DNA of 64,000 bases from the human T2T-CHM13v2.0 reference genome, Homo sapiens (GCF_009914755.1 NC_060927.1), one strand, 5' to 3'; counted from the first letter of the stretch, positions 37,215 to 51,439 are shown. Notes: generated from the sequence alone by a model not told the origin. Program-made: numbers and translations.

Positions 37215-39354
37215 TGTATTAGTTTATTCTCACACTGCTAGTAAAGACATACCAGAGGCTGGGTAATTTATAAAAGAAGGAGGTTTAATTGATTCACAGT
37301 TCCATGTAGCTGGGGAGGCCTCACAATCATGGTGGAAGGTGAATGAGGAGCAAAGTCACATCTCACATGGCAGCAAGCAAGAAAGCTTACTACCTCCCAT
37401 TAGATCCCTCCAACGACACATGGGAATCATGAGAGCTACAATTCAAAATGAGATTTGGGTGGGAACACAGCTAAACCATATCATTCCACCCCTGGTCCCT
37501 CCTAAACCTCATGTTCTCACATTTCAAAACCAATCATGCCTTCCCAACACTCCCCCAAACTCTTACCTCATTTCAAAATTAACTCAAAAGTCCACAGTCC
37601 AAAGTTTCATCTGAGACAAGGCAAGTGCCTTCTGCTTAAGAACCTGTAAAATCAATTGCAAGTTAGTTATTTCCTATACACAATGCAGGTACAGGCATTG
37701 TGAAAATATGACCATTCTGAATGGGAGAAATTGGTCAAAACAAAGGTGCCACAGGCCCCATGCAAATCTGAAATCCAATGCAGCAGTCAAATCTTAGAGC
37801 TCCAAAATGATCTCCTTTGACTCCATGTCTAACATCCAGGTCACGCTGATGCAAGAGGTGTGTTCCCATGGTCTTGGACAGCTCTGCCGCTGTGGCTTTC
37901 CAGGGTACAGCCTCTCTCCTGGCTGCTTTCATGGGCTGGTGTTGAATGTATATGGCTTTTCCGAGTACACGGAGCAAGCTGTCAGTGGATCTACGATTCT
38001 GGGATCTGGAAGACAGTGGCCCTCTTCTCACAGCTCCACTAGGCAAGTGCTCCAGTGAGAACTCTGTAGGGGCCTCACACCCCACACTTTGCTTCTGCAC
38101 TATCCAAGCAGAGGTTCTCCATGAGGGATCTGCCCCTGCAGCACACTTCTCTCTGGACATCCAGGAGTTTCCATACATCCTTTGAAATCTAGGCAGAGGT
38201 TTCTGAACCTCAATTCTTGACTTTTCTGTACCCAGATGCTCAACACCACATTTAAGCTGCCAAGGCTTGGGGATTACACACTCTGAAGCAGCACTGTGAG
38301 CTTGACTTTGGCCCCTTTTAGCCATAGCTGGATCTGAAGCAACTGGGACACAGGGCACCATGTCCTGAGGCTGCATAGAGCAGGGGTCCCTGGGCCTGGC
38401 CCAGGAAGCCATTTTTTCCTCCTAGGCCTCCAGGCCTGTGATGGGAGGGGCTGCCACAAAAGTCTTTGACATGCACTGGAGACATTTTTCCTATTGTCTT
38501 GTTGATTAATATTTGACTCCTCGTTACTTATGCAAATTTCTGCAGCTGCTTCAATTTCTCCCCAGAAAATGGGTTTTTCTTTTCTACCACATGGTCAGGC
38601 TGCAAATTTTCCAAACTTTTAAAGAAATTATTTCCCCCAGATACCCTAAATTATCTCTCTCAAATTCAAAGTTCTACACATCTCTAGGGCAGGGGCAAAT
38701 GCTGCCAGCCTCTTTGCATAGCAAGAGTCACCTTTACTCTAATTCCCAACAAGTTCCTCATCTCCATCTGAGACCTTCAGAGCCTAGACTTTAATGTCCA
38801 TATCACTATCAGCATTCTGGTCAAAGCCATTCAACAAGTCTCTAGGAAGATCCAAACTTTCTCACATTTTCCTGTCTTCTTCTGGGTCCTCCAAACTGTT
38901 CCAACCTCTGCCTGTTACCTAGTTCCAAAGTTGCTTCTACATTTTCGGGTATCTTTACAGCAGCACCCCACTCTACTGGTGCAAATTTACTGTATTAGTC
39001 TGTTCTCATGCAGCTAATAAAGACATACCCAAGAGTGGGTAATTTATAAAGGAAAGAGGTTTAATTGACTAACAGTACCACATGACTGGGGAGGCCTCAC
39101 AACCATGGCAGAAGGCAAAAGAGGAGCAATGTCACCTCTTACATGGCAGCAGGCAAGAGAGCTTGTGCAGGGTAATTACCATTTATAAAACCATCAGCTC
39201 TCATCAGAATTATTTACTACCACTAGAACAACACAGGAAAAATCCCACCCACATGATTAAATTACCTCTCACCGGGTCCTTCCACAACACATGGGAATCA
39301 CATGAGCTGCTATTCAAGGTGAAACTTGGGTGGGAACACAGCCTAACCATAACA
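37215..39354 (-). mobile_element. THE1C full-structure MaLR provirus: 3' LTR 37215-37483 (internally deleted), internal 37484-38990, 5' LTR 38991-39354
   Basis: Two LTRs tgtattagt...aaccatatca/aaccataaca with THE1C motifs (gaggagcaaagtcac, gagagcttgtgcaggg); internal THE1-int motifs (aaagtccacagtccaaagt, ctttgactccatgtct, ctctaggaagatccaaacttt). Confidence 0.93.
37735..38412 (-). pseudogene. Open remnant of the THE1 (MaLR) internal ORF, 225 aa; not a host gene
   Basis: Lies wholly in THE1-int; the peptide has typical THE1-int translation motifs (KSRIEVQKPLPRFQRMYGNSWMSR, AVRRGPLSSR, HLLHQRDLDVRHGVKGDHFGALRFDC). Confidence 0.8.
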
Positions 39355-41659
39355 AGTAAGAACCTAAAGAAAGGTCTTGACTCCCCAGTTTCTTGATCTT
39401 CTAGGGATTTCACATTGTTCAACAGTCTGCACTCAGTCTTTACCAATTTGCCAATTATTCTAGCTGAACTCTTCTTACGAGTATCCAATTCCATCAACCT
39501 AAGTTTGGTGTTGTGTCCTTGTGCATCCTCCCCCTGCATGCATTGCCTCTCCTGATGGGTGCCAGTTGGTTGCACTGTGAACTCAACTCAGCTCTTTGAT
39601 GGGATCCAAACAAGTCATTAATTTGAATGACTTAGTTTAGCTCTTATTCATTGTTAAGGTGGAGTTAGTAGTAAAAAAAAAAAGTGGTCTTCTAGCTCTG
39701 TATATCTCAGGGCAGAATCTAGAAGCCCTGTTTCCTGTTTAGGGGTGCATAAAACGCTTTTAGAAGATTATGAAGGGTTATTTTTGTTGCCTATTTTTTG
39801 TTAGTTTTATATTGTCTTACCTCATCCTGTGATATAAAAGTTCTTTTGCTCAATGTGAAACAATTTTTAAACCTTAATTCAAAGTTTAGAAAATTCAAAT
39901 CATCAGTATTTATTTTTTCCATCTCTGTTTCTTGTATCCTACATCTATTTCTTTTTATTATTCACTTGCTTTTGTTATGTTTGCTTTGCTACAATATACC
40001 CTCAAATGTTTTTGTTTTACCTGAAAGGGAGTGAATTTTTAAGTTATTTTACTTCTAAGACAGTATATTTCGCTTTTAAGATTAATTGATGCTTTGCCTA
40101 GATAAATAATTTTACATGAAAGCAATCTCTCAGAGCTTTATAAACACCACTATCAGTACAATAACTACTTGAAGACAAAGTTGAACATTATTCTTTTCTC
40201 TTTGTTTTAAATATCTTCTGGCTTCTGGTGGCATTTTTTACTTCTTTGGAATGTTTCCATTAGGAAACTCTAAATTCCAGTAAAATTTGACACAATCTAC
40301 TCCAAATTATATATTAATGTCATCGGTCAGTTATTGTCTGCCGATAAGACATTTATAAAAGACAAAAATTTAAAATTTAAAGAATAGTATCTACTTCACA
40401 GTTTACCTAGTAGGGACCCTTCCCTTTCTTCAGAACTCCATTAGCATTCAATATTTATCTAAGGAATATTTTCTTAAAGCAATATTGTGTATTTACATGT
40501 GCTACATTTTCCACTCTAGTTTCCAGTTACTTTTAAAGTACAGACAAGTTTTATTTTTATTGTACGAAAAATTGCAAGAATTCCAAGCTATTAATACTTT
40601 GTAATTCTATTGAAGTTTTATTTCAAACCAATTGAACATTTCACTATGCACTCATTTGTATATGCTGGTAGGTTCCCAATAACTGACAAATCTTGTCTAT
40701 TCAATTCAAATATAAGTTCTAAAGTTACAGCAAAACATAGGACAAATAAATTCTATTTTTATTCTTTGTTGCTCCATTTGTTTTTCAAGAGCTCAGAATG
40801 TATCTATTATTGGACATACAAGATAATATTAATATAAAAGCAAAATAATACAGGGTTTTTACTAGTATTTGAATTCAGAAGTAGCAAATATCCATTTTTG
40901 TTATTAATTAGTAATGAAGTGTCATTGATAATTCTCAATAATGTACTTTAGAGCTTTCAATTCCATTGCATTTCTTAGGATTAAATACATAGTTTGACTT
41001 GTATTCCCTGAAAACTATTTGAAACTTTAAAGATGCTGAAATAAATAATAAATTACAATATTCACATTATATATACATATATTACATACATGTATATATA
41101 TATATTTATACACATATAAATGGTCTGACTTTCTTTTAGTCAGTTCATGGCTACTGTGATTTGAGTTTTTAGAAATTTTCTTTTTTATGCTGTGATGTTC
41201 TCTAATTAATTTTCCTTATATCCCTTATCTGATTTTTAAATTAATATATTAATAGAAAACAAGCAAAATTGTAGTTTGTTTTTACATGAGTATAGTAGGA
41301 AACTCAGAATAACTACAGTATGCTAAAGATTTTACATGGCATTATTCTTGAAATTTTGGAGGTTTGGTTACATGTGGTGAAAATAGCTGTAGAAAAATGC
41401 CAGCAGGGTTTGGTGGTTGACAATGAGAGATTTAGAGTGCTTAGCGGTATGAATGCCTTGCCCTTTGATCTAACAGAAAGATGTGTAAATATTTGGCTTC
41501 CAAAGTCAGAATCCAAACTTCCAGTTTAAAATGTAAAATAAAATCACTTTGGTCAAGAAAATAAGTTTATCTCAGAGTAAGTTTTCTTCTTGGCTATACA
41601 TCTCCATAATCAAAGCCATTTGAGGGACATCACTTCAGTGCCATACATTTTGCTAGAAA

Positions 41660-41860
41660 TGTTATATTTGTGATTTTATTTAATTTTTATAACCCTGAAA
41701 GGAAGGCATTATTATTCTTATATTTAGCCAAGGAAACTGATGCTCCAAGACATTGGGGTAACTTGCCCATTTTCCTCATAGATTTCACTTGTTGGAGTCA
41801 GTTATGCAAACCTATGTCTTTCAGTCAGTAAAATCCTTTTTTGGCTGCTTCGTGCTACAT
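41660..41860 (-). mobile_element. MIR
   Basis: aaccctgaaaggaaggcattattattcttatatttagccaaggaaactgatgctccaaga...gtaacttgccca (MIR core, antisense). Confidence 0.75.
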
Positions 41861-41987
41861 TTCTCTCATTCTTACCTTTTCCTGTCCTAAAATTTATAAG
41901 GCAAGTCATATTTGTAAAGAAAAATGGACTGTTTCTACTTATTTTATACATTTTATTTAACATGATGGACCATTCTCATGCATAGAC

Positions 41988-42200
41988 CAGCGTTTCTCTA
42001 TCTCAGTGGTATTGACTGATTGTGCTGGATAATTCTCTGCCTGAGGAGGGCTCTTCTTTATATTTTGTGGATTTCAGAATGTTCAGCAGTGTGGCTATTC
42101 TCTTAGATGCTAGTAGCACCTCCATAGTGTGATAACCAAAAATGTGTCCAATAATTTCCTAATTCTCCTGAGATGAACCATCCTAGGTTGCAAACCTTTG
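41988..42200 (-). mobile_element. MER20 hAT-Charlie DNA transposon
   Basis: cagcgtttctc...ctggataattctctg...gaatgttcagcag...tagatgctagtagcacc...gtgataaccaaaaatgtgtcca...ggttgcaaacctttg. Confidence 0.85.
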
Positions 42201-42369
42201 ACAGGTAGAAGGCTGACATTGTACAGATCTGTTTGCTAAGGTGGCATTCCCTTTCCCTTATTTAGAATACTCTAAAAGCGTTTTTAAATACATAGTCAAA
42301 ATACACAACTTTCTTAGGGTATTTTGAAGAGGTAATAAAAGTGAGGAAAGTAAGGGAAACATGATTGTG

Positions 42370-42545
42370 GAGTAATTACTCTGTGCAAGATACGTTATTT
42401 TTACTTACATAAATTATCTTTTATAACCAAACAACCCCTGAGATGTGAGTTAAATCAACATGTTACAGATAATATGTTACATATATGGCCCAATCAAGCA
42501 GATAGTAAATGATAGACTGGTAATTTAAACTTAAAGAAATATTTT
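42370..42545 (-). mobile_element. MIR fragment
   Basis: gagtaattactctgtgcaagatac...aacaacccctgagatgtg...ttacagat. Confidence 0.55.
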
Positions 42546-43973
42546 TTCACTAATAGTGTTCACATTCTTGGTGATTTAAATATCTTTATGAATAAATTTA
42601 TAGAAAAATATTTGAATATATTCATTTAACCAACTGTTGATCAATCTCATTTCAAGAACTAGCTAATTCTACCTGATAGTTGTTTTCTCACATTGATTCC
42701 CTCAATATTTATGTATACACTTATATCACTTATCAAAAATCTTGTTTCTCATTTGTTTCAGTAATTTCTTCCACTTGGCATATATATTTCTTGTTTAAGT
42801 TCCTTTAAAAAATCCAAATTATCTAAACCAAAAATAATTGCTTTTAATATCCATCTTATTCCTACAGTGTGTCTCAAGGTGATATTTATAATTAGGAGAA
42901 ATTATTTAGATGATACATATTATAACAACAAATAGAAATAGTTTTTCTTAAAACACAATGTATTCTTTTGAACAGTTATCAATAAAAATATTATTGAAAC
43001 ATATCTTAATGCTTATAAGATGGTAGATTTGATAAAGGTAAAGTACAATTGGCCAATTATTTACTTTCTGTAACTAAGGTACATTTTTCTCTTTGGATTT
43101 AGTATAATAGAGAACAGTTTGATAAATAAATAATGAAAATCTATCCTCAACTAAACAGATTTTAAAATAGCTTCACTCAGTTGTTTCTGGAAAGAAAATG
43201 CATTTGTTGGAGTGTCCTCATTGGGAGATAAACAAACTGCACATCCTTACATTTAAAAGAGTTGCGGTGTTTGATTTAGCTATGATTCACTGTCTGCTTC
43301 ATGGAAAGCGGTATCAGCCCTGCAGCTGAGATAAGCAGTTTATGATATCAAATAGATAAATGTAGGGAAACCATCATTCTTTGTCAGAAAGTAGGATTAT
43401 GCAAACCAATTTCCATATATTACATTTCCCAGCAGCATTTTCATGTTTTCTAGCTTCTAACTTACATCGAAGCACTGACATTGAATGCATTTTTTCTCCT
43501 TATCTCTAGCTTGCATTGAAGAAGACCAAGGCCCACAACTGTATTTCTCTTTGACACTTGCTGAACATTACATATGATACCCATATAGAGTGACATCAAG
43601 GCACAAAGGAAACATTAGTTTAGGAAAATCTTTAGCTATTCTGTCTTTTCAATGACCTGAAGTTATTTACTACATTTTTATTATTTTTAGAAGAATTATC
43701 CAAAATAATTGCATTTGTTATTCAGTTATTTGCACATATGAGTTATTGTTATATTTTCTCATGTTATTGAGTCATATATAGGCCTTACTTAGCTAAAAGT
43801 GTCAAACTGCATAAGGGTTGGTATCAATTTAGGGAATCATAGGAACAACTTCAACATAATTATTTGTATTTGTGATTTTTTTACTAGTTATAATTCAGTG
43901 AATACAATGAACATAGTAACTTCACTGATATGCTGACAATTTAAAAATCTGATTACTAGAGCATAATCAGTTA

Positions 43974-44467
43974 TGTCTGCATTAGGGTTCTGCAGAGAAG
44001 CAGAATCAATAGAATATATGTAGATATAAGAGGAGATTTATAATGGCAGTTAGCTTTTGCACTTATGGAGACTAAATATTCCTAGGATCTGCAAAAGGAC
44101 ATAGTAAAGACAATAGTATGATTCAGTCTGAGGCCAAAGGCCTAAAAAGCAAGGGTGGGAGTGTTGGAGGGGGAAGGAATCCTCCTGGAGTACCAAGGCC
44201 CAATGTCTGCTGGCAGGGGAAGATGGATGTCCCAGCTCAAGAAGCGTGACAATTCTCCCTTCTTCTGCCTTTTTGTTCTATTTGGACCCTCGGTGGAATT
44301 GGAGGATGCCTGCCCATCGGTAAGGATGGCTCTTTTTAATCAGTCTATGATTCAAATGCTAATCTCTTCTAGAATTCCCTTTACAGATACATCTAGGAAT
44401 AATATTTTAACAGCTGTTTGAGTGTCCATTAACTCAAGCAAATTTACACATAAAATTAGCCATCACA
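43974..44467 (-). mobile_element. MLT2B-like (ERVL) solo LTR
   Basis: ttagggttctgcagagaagcagaatcaatagaatat...ttcagtctgaggccaaaggcct...aagatggatgtcccagctcaag...gattcaaatgctaatctcttct...acacataaaattagccatcaca. Confidence 0.9.
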
Positions 44468-44499
44468 ATATTTATATTTTTGTATGTAGCAATTAAGTG

Positions 44500-44680
44500 T
44501 CAGGAAGAGTGGTGGATGTTTTCAGTGGATCATTTCATTAAGTCCTCCTACTAGTTGTGTGACCCTTCTTTACAAATGAGGAAACTGATTTAAGAGACTA
44601 AGTAACTGTCTTCTGCCTCAATCCTCAGCAGATACCTATTTTCAGAGTTAAATATATTTTATATTTTTATCTGACTCTTG
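44500..44680 (-). mobile_element. MIR fragment
   Basis: catttcattaagtcctcc...tttacaaatgaggaaactgatttaagagactaagtaact. Confidence 0.7.
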
Positions 44681-46426
44681 GTTTTTCTTTTCTTTATCTG
44701 ACTCTTTTTATTTTTATCTGACTCTTAAAATTTTAAATTCCTCTTTCTAGGTGACATAGTTTTTCTGATGCTTTTTTATTTTTAAATTTAAATATTATCT
44801 ATTGATTTTCTTTAGAAAATATAAAAACTTGACAGTCTCTATTACTATGTTAAAAATGTAGACTTCTCTCACACTTCTAATATAGTTATACTATATTTTT
44901 TGCCTTCACAAATATTTAGCGTTTATGTTATTTTAACTACGTAAACATTGTTCACAGCTCAGTCACCTGTGTACTGAAATTGTTTTATTTCTAGTAATAA
45001 GTTTTTTTTTTGGAGTCAATTCTTGCTAAATTTTTGTTTAAATAGCTTTATAATTATCCATTATATATATTCCCCTATTGTCTGCCACAATTATTGTGTC
45101 TGATCAATCTTGTATGATTAAATGGAATTCTCCATCCTCCTCTAACCTGGACTGGTCCTCCAGGCCTGCTTCAAAGCACTTGTCCTGTGACATCCCTTTG
45201 CCAACACCAGAAATAATTATCTTTCTTTCTCTTCCATGTTGGTTCTCATGTTTCTAGGATCCGATGGCATCATTGTTTTCATTTTACTCCCTCATTTTGT
45301 GGAGCATATTCTCCTGTATCTTCTCAAGAATTGATCAATGGAAATTAAATATTTGAGTCATTGGGTAAAGTAATGTATGTTTATTTGATCATCACAAACT
45401 CAGTCATTAACTATCACCTCAAGGTCCACGGTGAAAACCAAAAGGCTGCAATGTGACCACTTAAATGATCTCCTGAAACTTCCAGGCAAACTATATTGAA
45501 AATGAGATTAATAACCAAATTTTAAGGGTAGAAAAAGCCACAAAAGAGAATTATGAACAGTATCTATGTCATACGCCAGAATTATAGACCTGACAGGAAA
45601 GGATGATTCCCTATGATATTCTAGGCCTTTTTATTGATGAGTTTGAGAATCTCAAGTATGTGAACACTCCAGGCAGATAGAAAACCTTCCTTCCTTCAGT
45701 TAGAGAAAAGTAATCTCCTACTTAGCTTGAAATACTGCAGACTTCAATGCAGGAAGGTTTCCTATAAAGTGGCGCTTTCCCTCTTCAATGCAGGTATTCC
45801 CCATCCCTCATTGTCTCCCAGTAAACACCTAGAAAGAAGTCATAGCACAACTTTAGCAGAGAAATATAGACTCTTCCCTGGAAATAGTTTTCAGTCAGAA
45901 ACAGTTGTATGATCTCCCTGCACATATACTAGTAACTTGAAAATACAAGTATGGGTGGTTATTGTGAATACTAGATAAGAAGGGGCTTACTAAAAGGCTG
46001 TAAGTGAGAAAAATTTTTGACATGAGAGCACTGAACCATGAGTCAGAGTTGAAATTCCTGGCATGGACTCCTGTCACAAATTGTAATATGCTGCTGGAAT
46101 CACTCCTTGAAGCTTAGATATGTCAATGTCCTACAGCAGAGATACCAGAATGGATTTGGCCCAGAATTGGGACAAAGTCTGAAAATTCACTGAGTCATAT
46201 GTTATAACGAGTTTATTATTTTAGACCAGAGCATCCACACCTTGCATAAACTTGCCAGAAAAAAACTCAGAAGAAACTCTATTCAATAGGCAATAATAAA
46301 AGTTAACCACATATTTAAGAATATTAATGGAGGTGATGAACTATAGACCAGGGTTGAGAGATGCTGATATAGAACTGGATTCCAAGCACCAATGAGGATG
46401 CTGAAATTTTATAATACAAGGGACTG

Positions 46427-46747
46427 TTTTTTGTTTGTTTGTTTGTTTTGTTTTGTTTTGAGATAGGGTTTCACTCTGTCACCCAGGCTAGAGTACAGTG
46501 GTGAAACCTTGGCTCACTGCAACTTCTGCCTTCTGGGCTCAAGCAATCCTCCCACCTCAGCCTCCCAAGTAGCTGGGACAAAAGGCACACACCACTATGC
46601 CAGGCTAATTTTTTTTTTTTGTATTTTTGGTAGAGACAGGGTTTTGCCATGTTTCCCAGCTGGTCTCAAACTCCTGAGCTCAAGTGGTCTGCCTGCCTCA
46701 ACCTCCCCAGGTATTGGGATTACAGGAGTGAGCCATCATACCCAGCC
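46427..46747 (-). mobile_element. AluJb-like, full length, (TTTG)n tail
   Basis: gagatagggtttcactctgtcacccaggct...ctgggctcaagcaatcctcccacctcagcc...ctcctgagctcaagtggtctgcctgcctc...gagccatcatacccagcc. Confidence 0.92.
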
Positions 46748-46972
46748 TGAAGACTTGTTATAGACTGAATTTTTACATACACCCCAAATTTAAATGTTAT
46801 AAACTAATCCCCATTGTGATGGCCTTTGGGAGTTGATTGGGTCATGACTGGGATTACTGCCATTGTAAAAGAGAGCCCAGATAGCTTTTTCACACCTTTT
46901 ACCATATGAAGGCATAGAGAAAAGACTGCCATCTGTGAACCAAGAGGCAATCATCAGGCTTTAAATATTTCA

Positions 46973-47539
<567 letters not shown>

Positions 47540-48299
47540 TCATGGTAGCCTGAGATGACTAAGACAGAAGCCAGGTGAGGTCACTTGAACATCAATGACA
47601 AAGAGGATATAATTACTCTAGTGGGCAGCGAACTCAGTATTGCTTCAAAGCTCAGCTCCTTTAACCTGCATGGGTCTGTATGATGGCTAAAACACCATGG
47701 TACTCTTAGACACAAGATGGATGAGAAGCCAGACTATGTTTATTGAACTATGGCACCAGAAAAGGTGAGTTGGCAAGCAGAAGGCCAGTATCAGCCATCA
47801 CAGTGGAAAATTTTGATATCTTCCATCTCCACATGTGATTTGATTCTCACTCTCAGAATTCATCGATTTAACTTTTTAAGAAAGGACTCCTTAAGGAAGA
47901 ACCCTTCAAATAGTTATATAAGAACAGATATATACATAAGATAACCATTACTTAAATAATTATCCATTTGGCAAATGAAATGACAAAGTTACCCATGGCC
48001 AATTTCTAGTCTAACAGTACAATGGGGAAAGGGGAGTATTCAGACCCTTGAAGAGCTGATGAATACAGATTATGGCTTAACATTCATATCAGGAAACCCA
48101 AAATGCTATTATGGGTCCTGGTAGGAGTGAAGGTTTAAGGAGACCATGTAATAGATGTACTCCTGCCCAATAGGTTCACTGGGTTCAGAGACTGAAACTG
48201 TGATATTTTCCCCTGATTTGCAAGTATAACTGCAAGAAGCCTTACACTTGTTCCCAAATCTGGGGCAGCAGAGCAATTATGATAGCAGAAGTACTATTG

Positions 48300-50534
48300 T
48301 GCCAGTTCCACGCATAAGCATAAAGAGATCTCATAGATTCCACTCTTGCTCCTCTTGGTACTCCATGATTGCCACATGGACAAATCTAGAGTAAAAGACA
48401 CTACATGCAGTGAAGCCCCTGTTCCAGGTTAGGTTGTCATATTCCAACTAGTTATAGTCAACTTGCAGGCTAATGGATATATGAGTCTAGCTATTAGTCT
48501 GCTGCAGGCTAGAAGAATCACCTAGCTTCTCAGCTGTTAGTCATTGAATCTCTGCAGTGAAAAGTCACTTAGATTATTGACAGCTGACTCAATGAATGAA
48601 TGATCCAAGCTGGACTTAACAGGCTCAAATTGGCTGCAGGTAGCCCAAATTGCAGATCTGCAAAATCATGGGGCACATAAATGACTGTTACATAAGTCAC
48701 TAAATTTTAGGATAGTTTGTTATACAAAAAAGGCTAACTGATACAGACATTGGTTCTTAGAGTAGGGTGCTACCATAACAAAAACCTAGAACATGCGGCG
48801 TTACCTTTAGGAGACTGGAGAAATGGTGAATAAATCATAATAAATTCTTAAAAATTACAATATGTACTGAAATGAATCCTTAAGAGTAAGACATCTACAG
48901 TATACAATTTATGGCGGTAATACAAGCACAACATTGAGTGTGATTATCTATCTTAAATTTTTCACCATAGATGTCTCGCTTGATTTATCCTAGTCCTGGC
49001 CACAGCTAGTAGTGGAAGCTATAATAGCAGAGATAAAGCTGCTATAGTAGGTTGAAAAAATGGCAACACATGTTTTGAGATAGAACAAAAATTGCCTGCA
49101 GTAAATTAAAAGAAAATAAACCTACTGCATCTAGTAGTGAAGATGATTTCCAGGCATAATGTTTAAAATGTCAGTTGGATTCTTTTAGCTGTGTGTGAAA
49201 AAAAAAAAAAAAAGAAGAGAGAGATGAGCTAAAGAAAGAACAGTTTAATTTGCATGCAGAATCTAGAGGGACTATAGAGGGACCAAAATTTGCTGTGTTA
49301 GAAAATAAAACTGCTCTTCAATTCCAGACTCTCAGCCATGAAAATATTCTTAAAGTAAAAAATGACCTCAGAGTAAAAATTAACTCAAACTACATAGCTA
49401 GGCTCATTTTGTTAAATATAACAATTTGTTAAATATAAGTCCTTTTGTTAAAATCTCTGAAAGAATTAAAACAATACCTAGTATACCTTCTCACTTTGAT
49501 AAAAGTGCTTCTATGGATCTTAAGGTCATTAATAACCCACTAAAGCTAAATATGCCCAAATTGTAGAGAGGCCTGTTACATTATTAAGAAAAAAAAGAAA
49601 AAAGAAAGAAAAGCTGCTATGGTTGTTTTCTTTGAGACATGAAGAGGACACACATAAGATGCATATAAACTCAAAACAGTATTTAAGAGAGTTTTTTTTT
49701 GGCAAATACACTGCTAGCCTGGACTAAAATTTACAGAGATTGCTCAAAATGAAGAGACTTTTGAATCCCCAAACTCTTACGGCCAGGAACCTGGCTGATG
49801 AAGCTAGTCAGATGCAAACATGGAATAATTCTTATGGAATGTGAAGAATGTCCAAGACAGCAAGCTAAGGTCCCAGAAGTCAGAGCCAAGAGCCATGGAG
49901 AACAATGATGAATGAAGAAGCCACTCCAAGAGAGCATTAGAGGGCATGATACTGATAATCTACTCCCAGGGAGCAGAACATAGTCCTAATAGAAAATTGT
50001 GCTCTGTCCTTGAAGTAAGGGCATCTGCCAATACTTGCTGTCTGGATTTCAAAATTGCCATGAACAGGGATTGTCATGTGCCTCTCATTCTTATTCATTT
50101 TTAATAGGTGTGTGTATTGTATCTATTCTCCTAATATACAGTGGTGATGTGGAAGAGAATAACTGCAATAGACACACTTTAGGCTAAACAATGGGATAAG
50201 AACACATGTGATGGAAACAAAGACCTGTAAAGTGCTGTCACTTGCAGATGTTGGAAATCCTCCACCATCCTATGAACAAGCCCAGGACAGCCTGTTGGAT
50301 AACGGTAGCATATGGTTCAGTTGTTACCATTACACAAGCAGACAGTCAACCAGTTCATAATAGCGACATTGTCTAATCTATTGGCAGCTGACTGCAGATG
50401 CAGAAGTAACCCAGGTGGAGAGGAGCAGAAAAGCCACCTGGAAGAAACCACAGTCTCAAGAGCTAAACAGTTGTTTAATAAGCCATTACGTTTTTATGTA
50501 TTTTTTTTAAACACAGGAAAACCTAATTGATACA
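48300..50534 (+). mobile_element. MLT1G/H-like MaLR with LTR-internal-LTR structure (LTR ends at 48744 and 50534)
   Basis: Two LTR 3' ends (taagtcactaaattttaggatagtttgttatacaaaaaaggctaactgataca; taagccattacgttttt...acctaattgataca); internal start gacattggttcttagagtagggtgctaccataacaaaaacct. Confidence 0.75.
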
Positions 50535-51439
50535 GACTACACATAAAATTGTGCTTATTTATAAAACAACCTTAATTTAAAACATTATTATTTATTATAC
50601 TCTGACATAGTATGACTATAACCTCAAATGCTATTTTCTACAACATATATATGTTTCTCAACTTACACTTTCCATGGTTCAACACTATGTTGTTAAATGC
50701 ATGAAGGCTGATGATTTATTTTATCATTTGGTGCTCTTCCCATTTAAATGCTCTTTGACTTAAATTATTTTCATCTAAAACATCCACTTACTTGATTTGT
50801 TTCTTCAGCTTTTGTCAGATGTGACTTTTGTTTATATGTCACTTTTGAGAAAAATTGACAATTATACTTATTATTTTGATTCATAAGTTTAAACCTCTGG
50901 CCATGTTTACTTGTTTATTTTATATATTATTTATTTTAGTTTTCACTCAAATATGAATTATTGGGAAATAATTGGGATTTCTCATGGGAAATAATTGTAA
51001 TTTTTAATTTTATTTTTAATCAAATATTTCGTAAAATATATGTAATATATATAATATAGGTGTATAATTTTATTCTTCTAGCAGCTAATGCTTATTTTTT
51101 ACATCCACATATTCAGGTTTTTTGCTGTCAATGTCTTAACTTCTTTATATACATTAGAGCTTTTATAATATTAAAAAACTTAACATATTTTCACATCCCC
51201 TTTCAGCTTCCCAACCAAACCTCTCATTTGGAGTTTATCTAGGGTTTTATTTGTTGTTTGTTGTAATAATTTTTTGCTACCATTAAACATTTGCTTTTGG
51301 CTATAGGTTGTACTGATTTCTTCCTTCATTAAAAAATTTTGTAATGCCTGAAAATTATTTGTTCTTCATTCTCACTTTATCTTTAGTTGACTGGGTTTAA
51401 AGTTAGTGGGAAATTTAGGAGACTCCAAGTTGCCTATCC

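Noticed and set aside
37735-38412. 225-aa ORF as a novel host gene
   Set aside because: Entirely THE1-internal sequence; open stretches of this size occur in THE1 copies, and there is no evidence of domestication from sequence alone
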